Source: Octopus vulgaris
Taxonomy: Eukaryota
Direction: 5' to 3'
Length of the DNA stretch: 64,000 nucleotides
Assembly (NCBI GenBank): GCA_951406725.2
Contig: OX597825.1
Location: 87,730,001-87,794,000, forward strand
Shown here: one piece after another, positions 26,385 to 39,960 of the stretch
How the letters are laid out: the number at the start of each line of letters is the position of its first letter
Numbering within the stretch: position 1 is the first letter of the stretch
Translations under genes and position numbers: made by a program
Notes under the pieces: model-generated
What the model was told of the DNA's origin: nothing
Databases searched by the model: none
The model's input: only the letters and a program-made list of their open reading frames with translations

Positions 26385-26830
26385 ATGGGTACAGGATGTC
26401 ACCAACTGTAAACATGAAATACGAAAAGAAACGAGTTAAATACGCAAACAACGAGCGAAAAAAAAGGAAAACAAGACAAACACAAAGAACGATCGTTCAT
26501 CAGTTTTCGGCTGTCTACCTATTCGCCATTTCGAGCATTCAATAAAAGAGTCTTCGAAGACTGTTGCTCCTATCAATTCCAAAATAAAATTTAGGATTTA
26601 GGGAGGGTCAAGTTTGGAGACAAAAGCTGGACAGTGGACGCATACAAAGAAACCAAAGGAAAGCAAACACGGAAGATCGTAAGACCAGAACGAGAAGAAA
26701 ATAGTGAACGCTGGGAGAAAAATTTTCTTTGAAAACGTAATAGATAGAAGAGACAGAAAGAAAACGTCCAGTCCTTTGAACGTCATGCAGGAAAAGAAAG
26801 ATGAACGTTGGTCAGGTGTGAGCAACGGGA
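26385..26830 (-). repeat. Interspersed repeat, probably Penelope-like terminal region; second copy in opposite orientation at ~35.9-36.33 kb
   Basis: gggtacaggatgtc..catcagttttcggctgtctac..tttcgagcatt..aggatttagggagggt mirrors 36070-36330 (gccctcc..ttcggaacgcggagtag..caactgattaagg..cgtcctgtaccc). Confidence 0.55.
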
Positions 26831-27603
26831 GAGAGAAAAAAGAGGGGGAGAAGGACTTAGAAAAGGGGAATTAGAGAGGGATGGAGAAAGAAAACAGTAT
26901 ACATATACATACATGTATAACTTTATATATGTATACTGTTATATATATATATGTGTGTGTGTGTGTGCGTTGGGTGTGTATAAATATATGCGTGTACATG
27001 TGGGTGTATATTTGTATGCGTGGATGTGTCTGTGTGTACCTAATAAATGATCACATTTGATATGGTGTGCATGATGAAGTGTGATTATGCTGTACATTTA
27101 ATGTGTGAGAGTGTTTCTGAAGATAAGTGTGAATGCAGTGGGGGGGGGGAGTACATATTATTTGGTGAAATGTGCATTTGGTGGCGTGGGAGAGAGGCAT
27201 CATGGCGTCAGTGGGGGTTTCAGGGTTAAAACTAGTGAAGTTAATGAAATGAAATGTGTGCAGTAATGGAGGCTTCGTACTCAAGTATAAACCAGAGAAA
27301 GCACATCTCCTCTGTGTCCATGAACGATATTTCATTGCCACCTTTAAATTAGGAGGTATTGATTATTATAATTGCGCAGCTCTTGTCATAATGAAGGCAT
27401 TAAGTATTAACAAACAGAGCTAAATCCTATATAATATTCACGTTGTAAAGTGACATTGGTGTCAGCTATGTGTTCTAAATAAGGGACATCGAAGTTTTAA
27501 AATTCACAAGATCAATAGCAATATACTTCCCAGTAAAAAGACTATTTTAAGAATATTATTGCCTTTTGCGGTGGAACGTACACTTATCATATAAATATGA
27601 ATA

Positions 27604-27697
27604 TAGGGATGAAGAGCCTCACACATTTGAGGAACAGTACAAGGTATTTATAGGGATGAAGAGCCTCACACAGTTGAGGAACAGTACAAGGTATTTA
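27604..27697. repeat. Tandem duplication of a 47-bp unit
   Basis: tagggatgaagagcctcacaca(t/g)ttgaggaacagtacaaggtattta twice, one mismatch. Confidence 0.95.
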
Positions 27698-29002
27698 TAA
27701 CACTGAATTGAAATCACATAGAATGTAATAACAGAATTGTTTAAACATGATATAATTTAAACGGAAAATAATTCACGGGAAATATCCATGGTTGTCAGGA
27801 AAGAGAACACTGGCTGTGTCTTTGTCTGTCTTCAGTAGACAATTGTTGATGGTGATGGTGTAGCTGGTTAGTATTCTGGGGGACTGGGGTTGTTACTTTT
27901 GTCGTTACGGACATATCCCTCTGTGTCCTCCTCGGTCGCTTCTGTTGCTGTTCTGTTTTCGTGCATGATATTAATGCCGGAAAAAATATTCACTGATTGC
28001 ATTTCCTGCCATTCACTGACAATCTCATCGACTTCTGTGAACTCTACTGGGAACACTTCGAGGTTCAAGAAGATTTGTATGTCCATTAATTACTCCTCAC
28101 CTCATATCTTCTTCGCGATCTTCATGTGTGACTTTTTGGCCTTATTTTCGACGAACTAATATCAACCTCATTCAGGCTTGGACCCGATGCTCGCATTTTT
28201 TCTACCCAAATACTTTGGCACAAGTTTATTAGAAATTGTATAACATATCTTCTGAGGTGGTTACTCGCTTGCTATTCTTTCCTATTACGAATAGAGATAC
28301 ATACAATTTGCTCCAACAATTTGCGGTGTTCTTACAAACGAGGGTCAATACTAATTGTAATCATTGTTTCGTTTGTATAAGCGAAGTCTATGAGTCTCTA
28401 GAGACATATTTAATTTCTCTCTCCCACTCCATAATAACGTGTATTGGAAGAATACTGAATCGCTTCGTTACATACTGACCCCATTTTTTGGTTTAATCAC
28501 CTATGACCAAGTTAGAAGTGATGTTAGCCAAAAATGACAATTAAGAAATCTGTCTTGACAGCTACTTCAATCAATAAACTTTCTCTGTATAATGCCATTA
28601 ACGCTAATTAAGTTAGTGTGTTTTTGTTTCATTATAACAATATTCTTCTCCTATGTCTATCTTACGAAAAACCGATTTTCCTTTATTTTGATGCACGTGT
28701 CAGCTTTTCCAGTCATTTCCACTTTTGCATGTTGGGGGCGCACCGTTGTGTTGTGGTAGAAATCTTTATATAAAAATATAAGAAGAGGAAATCAAAATAT
28801 TAAAAGTTCCAACTTATTTATTTTCAAGAAAATATGCCCCAGCGTTGCTCGGAATATTCTGCTTTGTATAATACAAATGAGAGAAAGCTTTTATCTGATA
28901 ATACAATATCGAAATTCTACTAGTTACCAAGAGCCGACAAGAAACGGGGTTCAAGAGTGCTACAGCAAGTAAAAGTACTACTATTATCATTATTATAATT
29001 AT

Positions 29003-29199
29003 TAAGGGAGCGAGCAGGAAGAATCATTAGTGCGCTGGACGAAATACTTAGCAATATTTTGCCTGTTGCTATGTTCTTAGTTCAAATTCTGCCTGGGTTG
29101 ACTTTGCCTTTCATCCTTCCGGGGTCGACAAATTATGTACCAGTGAAACCGACTATCCCCCTCCCTCGAATTTCAGGCCTTGTGCCTATAGTAGAAGGG

Positions 29200-29236
<37 letters not shown>
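29003..29236 (+). mobile_element. SINE family B copy with (ATT)n tail
   Basis: aagggagcgagcaggaagaatcattagtgcgctggacgaaatacttagc..gttcaaattctgcc..ggccttgtgcctatagtagaaggg then (att)n. Confidence 0.85.
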
Positions 29237-29237
<1 letters not shown>

Positions 29238-30049
29238 GGAACTGCCTTTCACCAATTATCTTCTATTTTTTGAACTTACAGAATTGTTTTGCGTTCTCTA
29301 CGCCATAAAATACTGCTGCGACCAGCAAAGTTAGGCTCACTTCAACTGCCCCCCTGTGCTACATTTATTTTGACCAGCTTCTAACCGAGATCTGTCCGAA
29401 TTAGCTATAATTTCTCACTTTTGATGGTTGTTGTGGCGTTTTCTTTGTCTAGTTTTTCAGTTGCGAACAGTTCTTCCTCAGCTGTGCCAAAGTGTCTCCC
29501 ACAGGCAACATAAGTTTTTGAGCCCTAAAGCGGTCTCGAGCACGCTTAAATCTGGGTCTGCGTCGCTCGCTACAGTCTTCTTGTCTTTAATGATATACAT
29601 ATATAAAATAAATAGAAACATTTCTAAATCTGTCAAAGAGAGGCATTCAGAAATTGTTCTTTAAAGAATATTTGCCAACATAATGTGACCGTCCTGGGAG
29701 GGAATATTGTCACTGTTATTTAACCCTAGGTAATATCGTTTCCAGCTGGCTAATCGACACAATATCTGTATCCATATGTGCCAGTGGTGGTAATGGTAGT
29801 GTTGATGATGGTGGTGGATGTTTTGTTTGTGGCATTTAAAAATATATTTTGCTCGTGACTGCTGCTGCTGATTGTGTTTCCGCTGCTGCTGCTACTGCTG
29901 TTGTTGCTGCTGCGGCCTTTGCATCATTTCACGACGACATTGTCACGTGGCTGGAACACAATATAAAAGCGATTATTCCAACAGTCGTCGCTTCTCGCGA
30001 TTTGGGAAACCATGTTTGAAATATTTGTCTTATGATATTACATTTGGCA

Positions 30050-30710
30050 GTTATAAATCTCAAAATTCACTCTTTAAGGCGAATTCTCTCAAGAGCAACT
30101 CGCGAATATAAAAGGAGACACGATAATGTAACAAGATATATCCACTGGCTGTTGTGTGGTTAAGCAAACCTCGAGAGAGCCGAACAATGGAATGAACAGA
30201 AGCCAGCGGGAAAAATGGAAAAGGAACATTACCAAATACTCTGGGATTTTAACATACAGTGGGACCAAGTCATAGAGGTGAAACGACTAGATATCGTGAT
30301 CATTCATGAAGATGAAAAAGAAGTAAACATAATAGATGCTGCAATACGAAGCGATTCGATGGTGAAATGTAAGGAAACAGAAAGGATTAGGAAATAACAG
30401 CCACTGCGGGACGAGATAGGAAAGTTATGAGGTATAAGGAAAGTAATAGCGATACTGGTGGTAACTGGAGCGTTAGGAGCAGTTTCCAAGGGTTTTGAAA
30501 AGCATATTAAGAATATTGGGGCTACTGTCAGCCTCGAGGTGATCCAGAAGACGGCACTTTTGTGTACAACTCGCATTCTAAGGAGAGTATTTTCACTTTG
30601 AGTCACAGGGAAAGGCCCTACTTGAAACCTTTGTGATTTGTTATTGCCTGCTTTCAAGTAAAAAGTAACCGGTAATAAGAATCATCCGAAAGTCATTCAG
30701 GCTAGTAATG
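30050..30710 (+). mobile_element. R4/Dong-clade non-LTR retrotransposon 3' fragment (restriction-like endonuclease)
   Basis: EYKRRHDNV..IHWLLC, ILWDFNIQWDQVIEVKRLDIVII..IIDAAI, VVTGALGAVSK..IQKTALL.T.RILRRV; followed by TAA-rich tail. Confidence 0.9.
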
Positions 30711-30740
30711 ATAACAACAATAGTAACAACAAACAATAAT

Positions 30741-30953
30741 AACGGTTTCAGATTTTGCGACAAGGCCTGTCATTTTGGGGGAGGGGATGAGTCGGTTACA
30801 TCAACCCCAGTGTTTAACTGGTACTTATTTTATCAACCCCGAAAGGATGAAATGCAAAGTAGACTTCGGCGGAATTTGAACTCAGAACGGAGTGACGGAC
30901 GAAATACCGCTAAGCATTTTCCCCAGCACGCTAACGATTCTGTCAGCTCACCT
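30741..30953 (-). mobile_element. SINE family B copy in (TAA)n array
   Basis: Full reverse-complement family B sequence bounded by TAA repeats. Confidence 0.88.
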
Positions 30954-30955
30954 AT

Positions 30956-31020
<65 letters not shown>

Positions 31021-31021
<1 letters not shown>

Positions 31022-31160
31022 CCAGGACTTACAAACACATATAACATACAGGAAATTGCACTACTAGGCACTGCACACATCCTACGCAGAACACGTTCCA
31101 TACAATAACCATCAGAGCATCACAACAAATCACAGCACATACCCAAGGCACACAGAGCTG

Positions 31161-31163
<3 letters not shown>
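31021..31163 (+). mobile_element. Short R4/Dong 3'-end fragment flanked by (TAA)n
   Basis: PGLTNTYNIQEIALLGTAHILRRT, the R4/Dong C-terminus, plus short 3' UTR. Confidence 0.85.
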
Positions 31164-31234
<71 letters not shown>

Positions 31235-31281
31235 TAATAATAACAATAATGATGATGATAATGATAATGATAATGATAATA

Positions 31282-31493
31282 GCCCGTTCTATTATAAGCA
31301 CATGGCCTGAATTTTGGGGAAGGGGATGGCCGATTACATCGACCCCAGTACTCAACTGGTACTTAATTTATCGACACCGAAAAGATGAAAGGCAAAGTCA
31401 CCCCAGCCTGAATTTGAACTCAGAACGTAAAGACGGACGAAATCCCGCTTAGCATTTCGGCAGGCGTCCTAACGATTCTGCCAGCTAGCTGCC

Positions 31494-31494
<1 letters not shown>
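31282..31494 (-). mobile_element. SINE family B copy in (TAA)n array
   Basis: Reverse-complement family B sequence, TAA repeats on both sides. Confidence 0.88.
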
Positions 31495-31535
<41 letters not shown>

Positions 31536-31544
31536 GTAGTCATG

Positions 31545-32690
31545 GAAAGGGGGCAGGTATTCAACTGGGAAGGTATCCAATTACCAGATGGTAATCATTA
31601 AAAGAAGGACCATGGTTATAAGTATCTAAAAGTATTAGAATCTCACGGAATACTAACTACAGAAATGAAAACAGCAATTGAGAAGGATTACATAAGAAAT
31701 TTAAGGAAGCTAATGACATCAAAACTAAATGGTCCGAATCTAATAAAGGCTGTAAATAATTGGGAAGTATCATTACTTAGATACCCAGCAGCTTTTGTAC
31801 ATTGGAGAAAAACTGAATTAGCAAATCTAGAGAGAAGAACTAGGAAGGAATCCAAGAGCACAAATAGCAAGATTATGCCTACCAAGAAAGGAATGTCGAA
31901 GAGGGTTAATAACAAAAGATTGCATGAAATCAAACTAAGTTCAAAACCAGAAAAAGGAACAAAAGTTATCTGACGGAGAATGTGTTGCATGGTAGATTCC
32001 CAAAGATGGTTACAGCAAATAGTAGTAGTGAGCCATGGTTATGCTTACAGAAAGGGCAACTGAAAAGGGAGACAGAAAGTTTAACAGCAGCACAAGATCA
32101 AGCGTTAAGGACTAATTTGATAAAAACGCAGATAGAAAAAAGCATGTAGATTCCCAATGTAGGTTACGCAAATCAAAAGGTGAAGGTGTTTCTTACATAG
32201 TTAGTGAATGTAGCATGCTGGCACAAAAAGAATACAAGAAAAACACGACAAACCAGGGAGAACAATCCATTGGGGATTACGTGGAAAACTAGGATTTGAC
32301 CATACTGATAAATGGTATGAACATGAATCTAGCAAAGCATTAGAAGGTAAGAAATATAAGATGTTCTAGGACTTTAGAATGCAGACTGAATCAAAATGAG
32401 AGATATAGGAAAAATTGTAAATGCGAGGACCTACTCACTTAATTACAGAGACTATGGAAAGTGCGTGTAAAATGTAACCCGGTAGTTATAGATGCATTGG
32501 GAACTATCCCTAAAGATCTGAAAAGATGGATAAAAGAAATGGACCTACAACCCAGCGTTATTAGGGACGGCTAGGATACCTAGGATGGTTCTTGGCATCG
32601 AATGTTACTTGTAAACCGATATTAGGAATTTTTCTTTTCAAAAAGTCTAATCAGTTTCGTGTATATGAATAATAAAAATGATAATAATAG
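31545..32690 (+). mobile_element. R4/Dong LINE, internally deleted RT C-terminus, CCHC knuckle and RLE fragment
   Basis: YKYLKVLE..RKLMTSKLNGPNLIKAVNNW..LRY, LHGRF, GQLKRETES..AAQDQALRTN..CRL..IVSECSMLAQKEYKK.HD, IDALGTIPKDL; ends in aataat. Confidence 0.9.
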
Positions 32691-34191
32691 TGGTAAATGT
32701 AGCAGTTGTTGAAGTAGTAGTAGCAGGTGATTATGTCGCTGTTACCAGTATTATAGATTAGGTGTACTTCCCTTACACCACTCAACGTTACTCAGACGTT
32801 AATTATTCAGTTCATTTACTTTGGCCCTTAACAATATGGACGTCACCAGTTTGAATTTGATACATTCTAAATTTTGAAATATCGAAAATATTCGACTGTG
32901 AAACTGTAACGGAATATAAGAAGGAATAACATTTCATACACTTTTATCCATAAGCTCTCAGAATCGAACAGAAACGGACACACATGCACACATTTACACA
33001 CGCAGCACAAACATTATATAATAAGCTTACTTTCTTTCGGTAATCCTGATAAAGTATTACCTCCAAAAATAACTACGAACGCTGTTTTTTTAAAGTCCCC
33101 CTCCCAACGATACAGTTTACACATTTATCTATTTCTCGCGTTACCCAATATCTGGTAAACGATGCAATCAGATATTTATTGTCGATTCTGGAGCTCAGAA
33201 TCTTCGCAATTTATTCATAATTGTTCTTAGATGAACATTGATTGTATTAAGTTTATTGAAGCTACACTACCCTGGGTAGTTGTTATGTAGTCAGGTGTAT
33301 TGTGAAATCAATTTCCCTGTTTTTTTGCCCTTTATCCGCTGTTAGAAGTTTATATAACGCTAATAATGTTGCGTTGTAGTAATCACCTGTAACCACTTCT
33401 ATCCTAATTATATCATGAACATACTTATAATCGAAATCATAATATTATCACACTAGTAATTATCTATTCATATTTATTATCGACAATATTTTCATAGTTT
33501 ACTATGTCGACAAATAGTTGCCTTTCAGATCAAAGGATCTCAATATATATATATATATTTATCATTTACGTTCATTTGTTCTGATATGCAAGATGTGAAC
33601 TATTCAATGGTTTATTTTGGGTGGTAGTAAATTAGCTATATAAGATTTATGCCTATATCTGCTCTAATTTTACAGATAACTTCATCAGCAACCTACAGCT
33701 ATATGTTTTAAAATATAGTATAAGTGGAAGATGTACAGATTATATTAAATGAGTGACTGTATTCAGAAAGAGAGCAGGCATACTTTGAAGGAATTAACTT
33801 TGTTGGTAGTTTATGATATATAGTTAGCTGGCACATAGGATACGAAGAAATAATTTGAGCATATCCTTTAAAAATGAAAATCAGATTAAATTTCCGTAAT
33901 AAATCTTACATTATACAGATAGATGCAGAGATATGGCAAATTATAAAATATTTCAAAGAAGGTTTTCCATGAAAGAAGCTAATGAACCTGAACGAACATT
34001 CGGTAAAGATGGTGTCTGTGATTAAAGCGCGAATAACATGATTTATTACGGGAGGTGATGATTAATGACTTAAACGTTAGCAATAACATATCATATGTCT
34101 GTCCTTCTTCTATATGAAGAGTAACATGTAAACTTATAAATATTTCACACACATATTATGCACTATATCAGTGTATATATATATATATATA

Positions 34192-34495
34192 CAGGGTGTG
34201 ATGAGTAAATTGGCCCCATTTTATATTTTTAATTTAACGCGTGCGCAAGATGTGTTTTTTGTCGACTACACAGTATAGATTGGTCAGTTGGGCACAGTCT
34301 GTGAGTAAAACAGCACCATGACACAATAGACACTGCCAGGAATTTGGACACATGTTGTACTGCTTGGCGTTCGCGCCGAAATAATCTCCAAGACGAACAT
34401 TACAAAGTGTTTGGGTGTCAATCTGAGGACACTACAGAGGATTCGAAAAGAGTTGGATGCGTCTAATGAAGATTACAAAAGTACGGCAGCTCGCG
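34192..34495 (+). mobile_element. Tc1/mariner-superfamily transposon 5' end
   Basis: Begins (ta)cagggtgtg after (TA)n; encodes HTH-like ITKCLGVNLRTLQRIRKELDASN. Confidence 0.65.
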
Positions 34496-34834
34496 ATTAC
34501 TATGAATATTTTTACTCCCTCCCCTTACTTAGCAGTCATTCTAATAGCTCTTTTGACTTAATAACGGTAAATCACACAGTAATTTCCCTTTGTTTTAACG
34601 GTCATTTTCATAGCAGTTTTCTTTTTTTTTGTATCGTCCGATAACTGAAGAGATGCCGGTGTGGATTTCCGCCCCGACATCCGATGCTCGGTGTTTTATC
34701 ATGGCTACCGAATAATTGTCACATATATTTACACACTCACACACACACACACACGCACACGTACGCACGCACGCACACACAGCACACACGCGCGCGCACG
34801 CGCACGCACACACACACACACATACGTATATATG

Positions 34835-35440
34835 CAGGATGTCCCAAAATTTAGGCTACTGAAGTTTCGGGCTTTAAAACACTGTCAATAAATGTGATAA
34901 GATATGAAAATTATACATCATGATAAAAATTTAGTGTGTCTCCTTTTTGTTTCAGACTAAATAAATTATAGCTTAGATAATAGATATTCACTGAAATAAA
35001 GAAATAACCCTCCAGACATGAGGTGAAAGTAATACAAAGCTTAACATTAAGCGATCTACAGTCTGGAAAATTGTGAAGACATTTCAAGACATTAGTTCCA
35101 CCACTGACCGACCTGGACGTGGCCAAAAATGAAGTGTGCGAACCCTTAGCTTATCAACAGTACCAGAGAGAAGTAAAGATAAATAACCCGAACATCAATG
35201 TAGGGAGTGTTGTGGGAGGATCTCAGGACCCATTTCTACAAGATGATCCGTCGCCATGAGCACAGTCAGGTTTATAAGAACATTGGACTGGAGAGAATTC
35301 GGCTGATTCTACGTGAGAGTGCTGCAGGCTCGCTGCTCAACCTTTCACTAATCAAAAGAAATTTGACATCGAACAGACAATAAACCAAGAGAAAGACCGA
35401 TTTTGAGGTGTATCTGAGTCCAGCGACATTCTGGAAATTG
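34835..35440 (+). mobile_element. Tc1-like transposon relic
   Basis: TIR-like caggatgtcccaaaa; NIKRSTVWKIVKTFQDISSTTDRPGRGQK (HTH plus GRPR-like motif); FTNQKKFDIEQTIN (first catalytic-D block FTDEKxF). Confidence 0.75.
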
Positions 35441-35617
35441 AACTGCTTCCGTGCGCAAATGAGCATTTTCAAAGTGCATCTTGGAACCACCATCAGGTAT
35501 CGGCATCATCCCACATTTGCAAGCAGACACAACACTGGATTTAGAAACACATACCCTCGTTCATAGGCAAGGATATATGACACTCAAGAAGCCCCGATCT
35601 CAGGATATATATATATA

Positions 35618-35677
<60 letters not shown>

Positions 35678-36438
35678 CATTATTATTATTATTAATCTTC
35701 TTCTTCTTATTATTATTATATGATCGGACACTACGTATCCATTTCCAAGTAAGTTTTATCTTAACTCTGATGCACATTCTACAAGCTATCTCTATTCTCC
35801 CTCGATTCCTTTTTGTTTTTCTTCTCCCCACCTCACTGTTCACTTTCTCCCCCTCTCTCTCTCTTACTCTTCCTCCTTGACTTTCTCATTGCTCACATGT
35901 GACCAGCGGCTATCTTTCTTTTTCCTACAAGACACAAGACACACCTTTGCCTGTCTTCTATCAAAGCTAGTTTCTCCAACGTTCACCATTTTACATCGTT
36001 ATGCCTTAACATCCCTTTCCGTTTGTTTTTACTGTCTTGTTCTCACTGTCCTGTTTTTGTTACCACTTTAGCCCTCCACAAATCACAAATTTCATTTAAT
36101 TTGCTTTGCGGGAACGACTGCCTCAACGAAGTCGCGTCTTGTCCGAACGTTCGGAACGCGGAGTAGATAAAACAGAGGACAACTGATTAAGGGATTCTGC
36201 TATATGTCGCCTGTCTCGTTTCTCTATTTGTTTCTTTCGTTGTTCGAAAGAAAGTTCTTTTTTCATGTTTTTGCTTTTTTATGTTCTCATTTTTCATTTT
36301 GTTAACTTTTTAACGTCCTGTACCCATATATGCATGTATATATATATATATATGTAGGTGTGTACATGTATGTATGTATATATGTATATATATTATTTAT
36401 ATAATATATATGCATATATAAATACATACATGTAAACA

Positions 36439-36489
<51 letters not shown>

Positions 36490-36491
<2 letters not shown>

Positions 36492-36779
36492 GAGGCGCAA
36501 TGGCCCAGTGGTTAGGGCAGCAGACTCGCCGTCGTAGGATCGTAATTTCCATTCCTAGACCGGGCGTTGTGTGTATTTATTGAGCGAAAACACCTAAAAG
36601 CCCCACGAGGCTCCGGCAGGGGGTGGTGATCCCTGCTGTACTTCTTCACCACTCTTTCTCTCACTCTGCTTAGCCAGCGGGATGGCGTCATTCTAAGGCT
36701 AAAATATAATGCGAACGCATTGTGACCAGTGACGTGTAGCAACATCTGATGGTCTGGTCGGTCACGTGATCACGTGATA
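36490..36779 (+). mobile_element. tRNA-derived SINE, family C
   Basis: tRNA-like head ggaggcgcaatggcccagtggttagggcagcagactcg..ccattcctagacc, tail ggtcacgtgatcacgtgat, inserted in a TA-rich tract. Confidence 0.85.
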
Positions 36780-37435
36780 TTATTTATATATATAAATATA
36801 TATATATATGCATACATACACACATACATATAAATCGTTTCACTTAAACAGTAATGATAGAAGTGACAAACTTTGCAGTGTCCACTGATTAGCTCGTCAA
36901 AATTCCAGAGCACGTACAATCGGTTTGTGAGGAATTCTCTGGTGCAACTTGCTTAATTGCATGACACGAATCATCATGCATTCTTTGTACGTTTGCTGCC
37001 GATATTTTTCTGCGTCCTACGGGCGATCATTGCAGCAGTTTAATTAGTGTTATTCGACAAAAGCTAGTAATTTGCAATTAAAGTAAAATATTTGAATAAT
37101 ACTTGGTAACCATACGATCGAAATCAATAGATGCGAATACAATTAGAAGCGAGTGGAATCGAGTGGATTCTTTCTCTATTCTTTTCAAATAATCTTCACA
37201 GAATATTCTATCCTTGTAGAAAGAAACTTCAACACTATTGAATGTTTTCCAGCAATTAATGCCATTACAAAAGTAGAAATGTAAAATATTGAAGAAGAAA
37301 AATATTCATGTTGCGTGCGAAAACACCCTGGTTCGATTCCTGGTACTGATGGCCGTGTCTCAGAAAATACTAGTAAAAGAAAACCGTTTGAAGATGACAA
37401 GATATAAAATCGAAATTTCTGTCTGGGTGTCAGTG

Positions 37436-37499
<64 letters not shown>

Positions 37500-37530
37500 T
37501 GTCTGTCTGTCTATATATATACATACATAC

Positions 37531-37604
<74 letters not shown>

Positions 37605-37639
37605 CGCTTCATCACTTTTCTCTCGAGACTTGTGTCTCC

Positions 37640-38600
37640 AACCGCTATAGTGCAATAGACCGTGCGTCAGTGTCACAGTCGTTGTCGTTAGAATTACTTT
37701 GAATGTAAAGATATCGATGCAATTTATTCGTTGTGGATTTCTCTTAGATGAAGAAAACTGGAAAAGGTTTATCCAATGATCCTGAAAATGGTCTTGTTTG
37801 TTCACAGGTCTTAATTGTGTCATTTATACCGTATGCAGGTATTTAGAAAACGTAAGCAAGGGACAAAAATTGACACGATTTTACCTATTAATTGATTAAT
37901 ATACATGAAATGAGAGATAGTGTAACTATTCAGGTGGTTAAATCTTAAGATTAAACTAATCAATTATCTTCAATGTTGAAAGATTAGGAAACTAAAGGAT
38001 TTCACACATCACATACGAATTAAAGAAAACATACATGAAGGAAGTTTGCAATCACTCGCTCCATGCACTGAAACATGTAGGTGACGTATTAACAAAAGCG
38101 CCTCTCATCTTAATATTGCAATAAGAAGGTGATTTCAGTGATAAGATCAGGTTTTTCTATTCAACACAATGCGATATGTCACAAGTGATATATTTCCACC
38201 CATAATATAGTTTGAATGTGTCCACCTTAAGATCTAGATTTCTTATTCAGCAGTATGTCCCCGTCTCATAGAGAGTATAGTAAATTGTTTTAAGAAGAAC
38301 GCCTGTAATGTTCGCTACATTTGTACCAGAAACATATGGAACAAATTTCAAATCTATAAATCATTTGAATAAAACGTGTCAATATTTTTAGAAATGTAGC
38401 AATAGAGACTCAGCTGGAGTTCTTCGTACTTTGAAATGCCTTTCGGAGGAGGAAGAAATTTATCTATACAACCGATCGAAGAAATGACCGGGATATTGAA
38501 AACTCATACACGTCGCTGTCGGAAAATAGTTTGAAGACACTCGTCAGACAGCATCACAATACGTTCAAGAAGAGCGATGAGAAACTTTTGGTTGTTTCCG
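37640..38600 (+). mobile_element. Decayed Penelope-like element (RT and GIY-YIG remnants)
   Basis: DEENWKR, GLNLKIKLINYL, YSLNVST..RFLI, KNACNVRYICTRNI (cf. NRNTVKVSYSCTxN), TYTSLSENSLKTLVRQHHNTFK (cf. TYIGLTExTFKxRxxxHxxSF). Confidence 0.65.
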
Positions 38601-38889
38601 ATTACTTTCAGTTCTTTTCAACCTGTTTTCCTCTGATTAATTTAGGTGATTATATGTCGGTGTCTTGTGTGTGTGTGTGTGTTCTTGTATGTGCGTGTGT
38701 TTATATTATATGCGGAAGAAGCACAATTATTTACATGCACCCAGTTCACATAATGGAAACAGGCATAAACATTTATACACAGATTCATTCATGCATACTC
38801 CCACACACACAATCATACATGCATCATCCATCCATCCATCCATCCATCCATCCATCCCATCCATACATACATAATAATATTACAGTCAA

Positions 38890-39350
38890 ATAAAGATTTG
38901 GACCTCGGAACTCACTGCATTCAATAAAGTAGTTGTCCACAATATGCAGCGTCTGTACTCATACCAATATTTGGGCTACTTGATTAGACGTTTGATGAAA
39001 TTTGGGTCATTCATGTGAAAACCTAGATACTAACCAACACGCATAACTTCCATGTCAACAGCGACGTAGACCGCCTGGACTTAAAAAGGAAATCAAGGCG
39101 GCAGAGGCGTATCATTTAGCCAGATTGCCTTTGATTGTCGTATCATATCCGTTTGGCAACATATATTCACAACCAACTGTCGAAGTGCATCCCATGATTA
39201 AGTTGCCATTTATGGGAACATCACAAATCAGCTTCTTATGTAGCAATCCTCGTCTGATAATCTTAAATATGTGCCTAAAGAAGTCGCACGACTTGAGACA
39301 CCAAGTCAGTCCGGCATTGTTCACACAGCTTCAAGTTAGGTGAATAACAA
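38890..39350 (+). mobile_element. R4/Dong LINE internal fragment
   Basis: SVLIPIFGLLD..ILTNTHNFHVNSDVDRLDLKRK..GRG matches the Dong RT C-terminal block. Confidence 0.7.
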
Positions 39351-39699
39351 GCAAATAAGTAAGAAGGATGTCCAGGCATCAGTACGGTGTGGCCGTTCCA
39401 AGTGGCTCCGTTTTATCGATCAATGCAAACATTACATCAATTTGAAATAAAAACAACTCACCTCGGGTGCATACGCCATCTATATTTGCAACATACAAGA
39501 TACTCCATTATAATTTTTTAGCAAATTTTTCCTCGGTGCTAGAGACTAAAATAATTACATTGCTTATCTTTGCTGCTATTGTAGCAGAATGAATATAGGA
39601 AAAAAATACCCAAAGCCAAGTATTATTTACAGACCTCAAGGTGGATCTGCTCTAGGAGGAACAAAGGCCAATTTCATAAGGCTTAATTTACCCCAATTC

Positions 39700-39960
39700 A
39701 AGCGAGTGCCAGATTGGCGTAGTTGTGGAGCCAGCGATCCGGGTTCGAATCCCGCTGTGACTGAGAAAAAAGAGCGCTTACACCTGGGTCGTCCGAGCGC
39801 TCGCCAGTGTACCCAGCTGGAAACGGGTACTTAGCTCTTCTTAGGGCCGCAGCGCAGCAGTGCTAGAAAACAGAGAAACCAATCCCACCTAAGGCGTACT
39901 AAAACGGAGGGCAGTTGGAGACCCGATAGTCCCCCTAGAGGCTCAGGAGTTAAGAGCCGA
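39700..39960 (+). mobile_element. tRNA-derived SINE, family D, with Nin-like central motif
   Basis: B-box gggttcgaatccc followed by gtgtacccagctggaaacgggtac, similar to the cacccagctgtaaatgggtac core of Nin-domain SINEs; lies in the insertion in the left palindrome arm. Confidence 0.6.

Noticed and set aside
26490-26545. CUGAUGA and GAAA boxes in permuted order (also 36150-36195)
   Set aside because: The stems needed for a hammerhead cannot be formed convincingly in either copy.
27868-28086. Acidic 72-aa ORF (MDIQIFLNLEV...)
   Set aside because: No recognisable domain, upstream frame is broken, and no splice support is visible.
37305-37360. tRNA-like B-box cctggttcgattcctgg
   Set aside because: No cloverleaf or A-box; probably a SINE-head remnant, not a tRNA gene.
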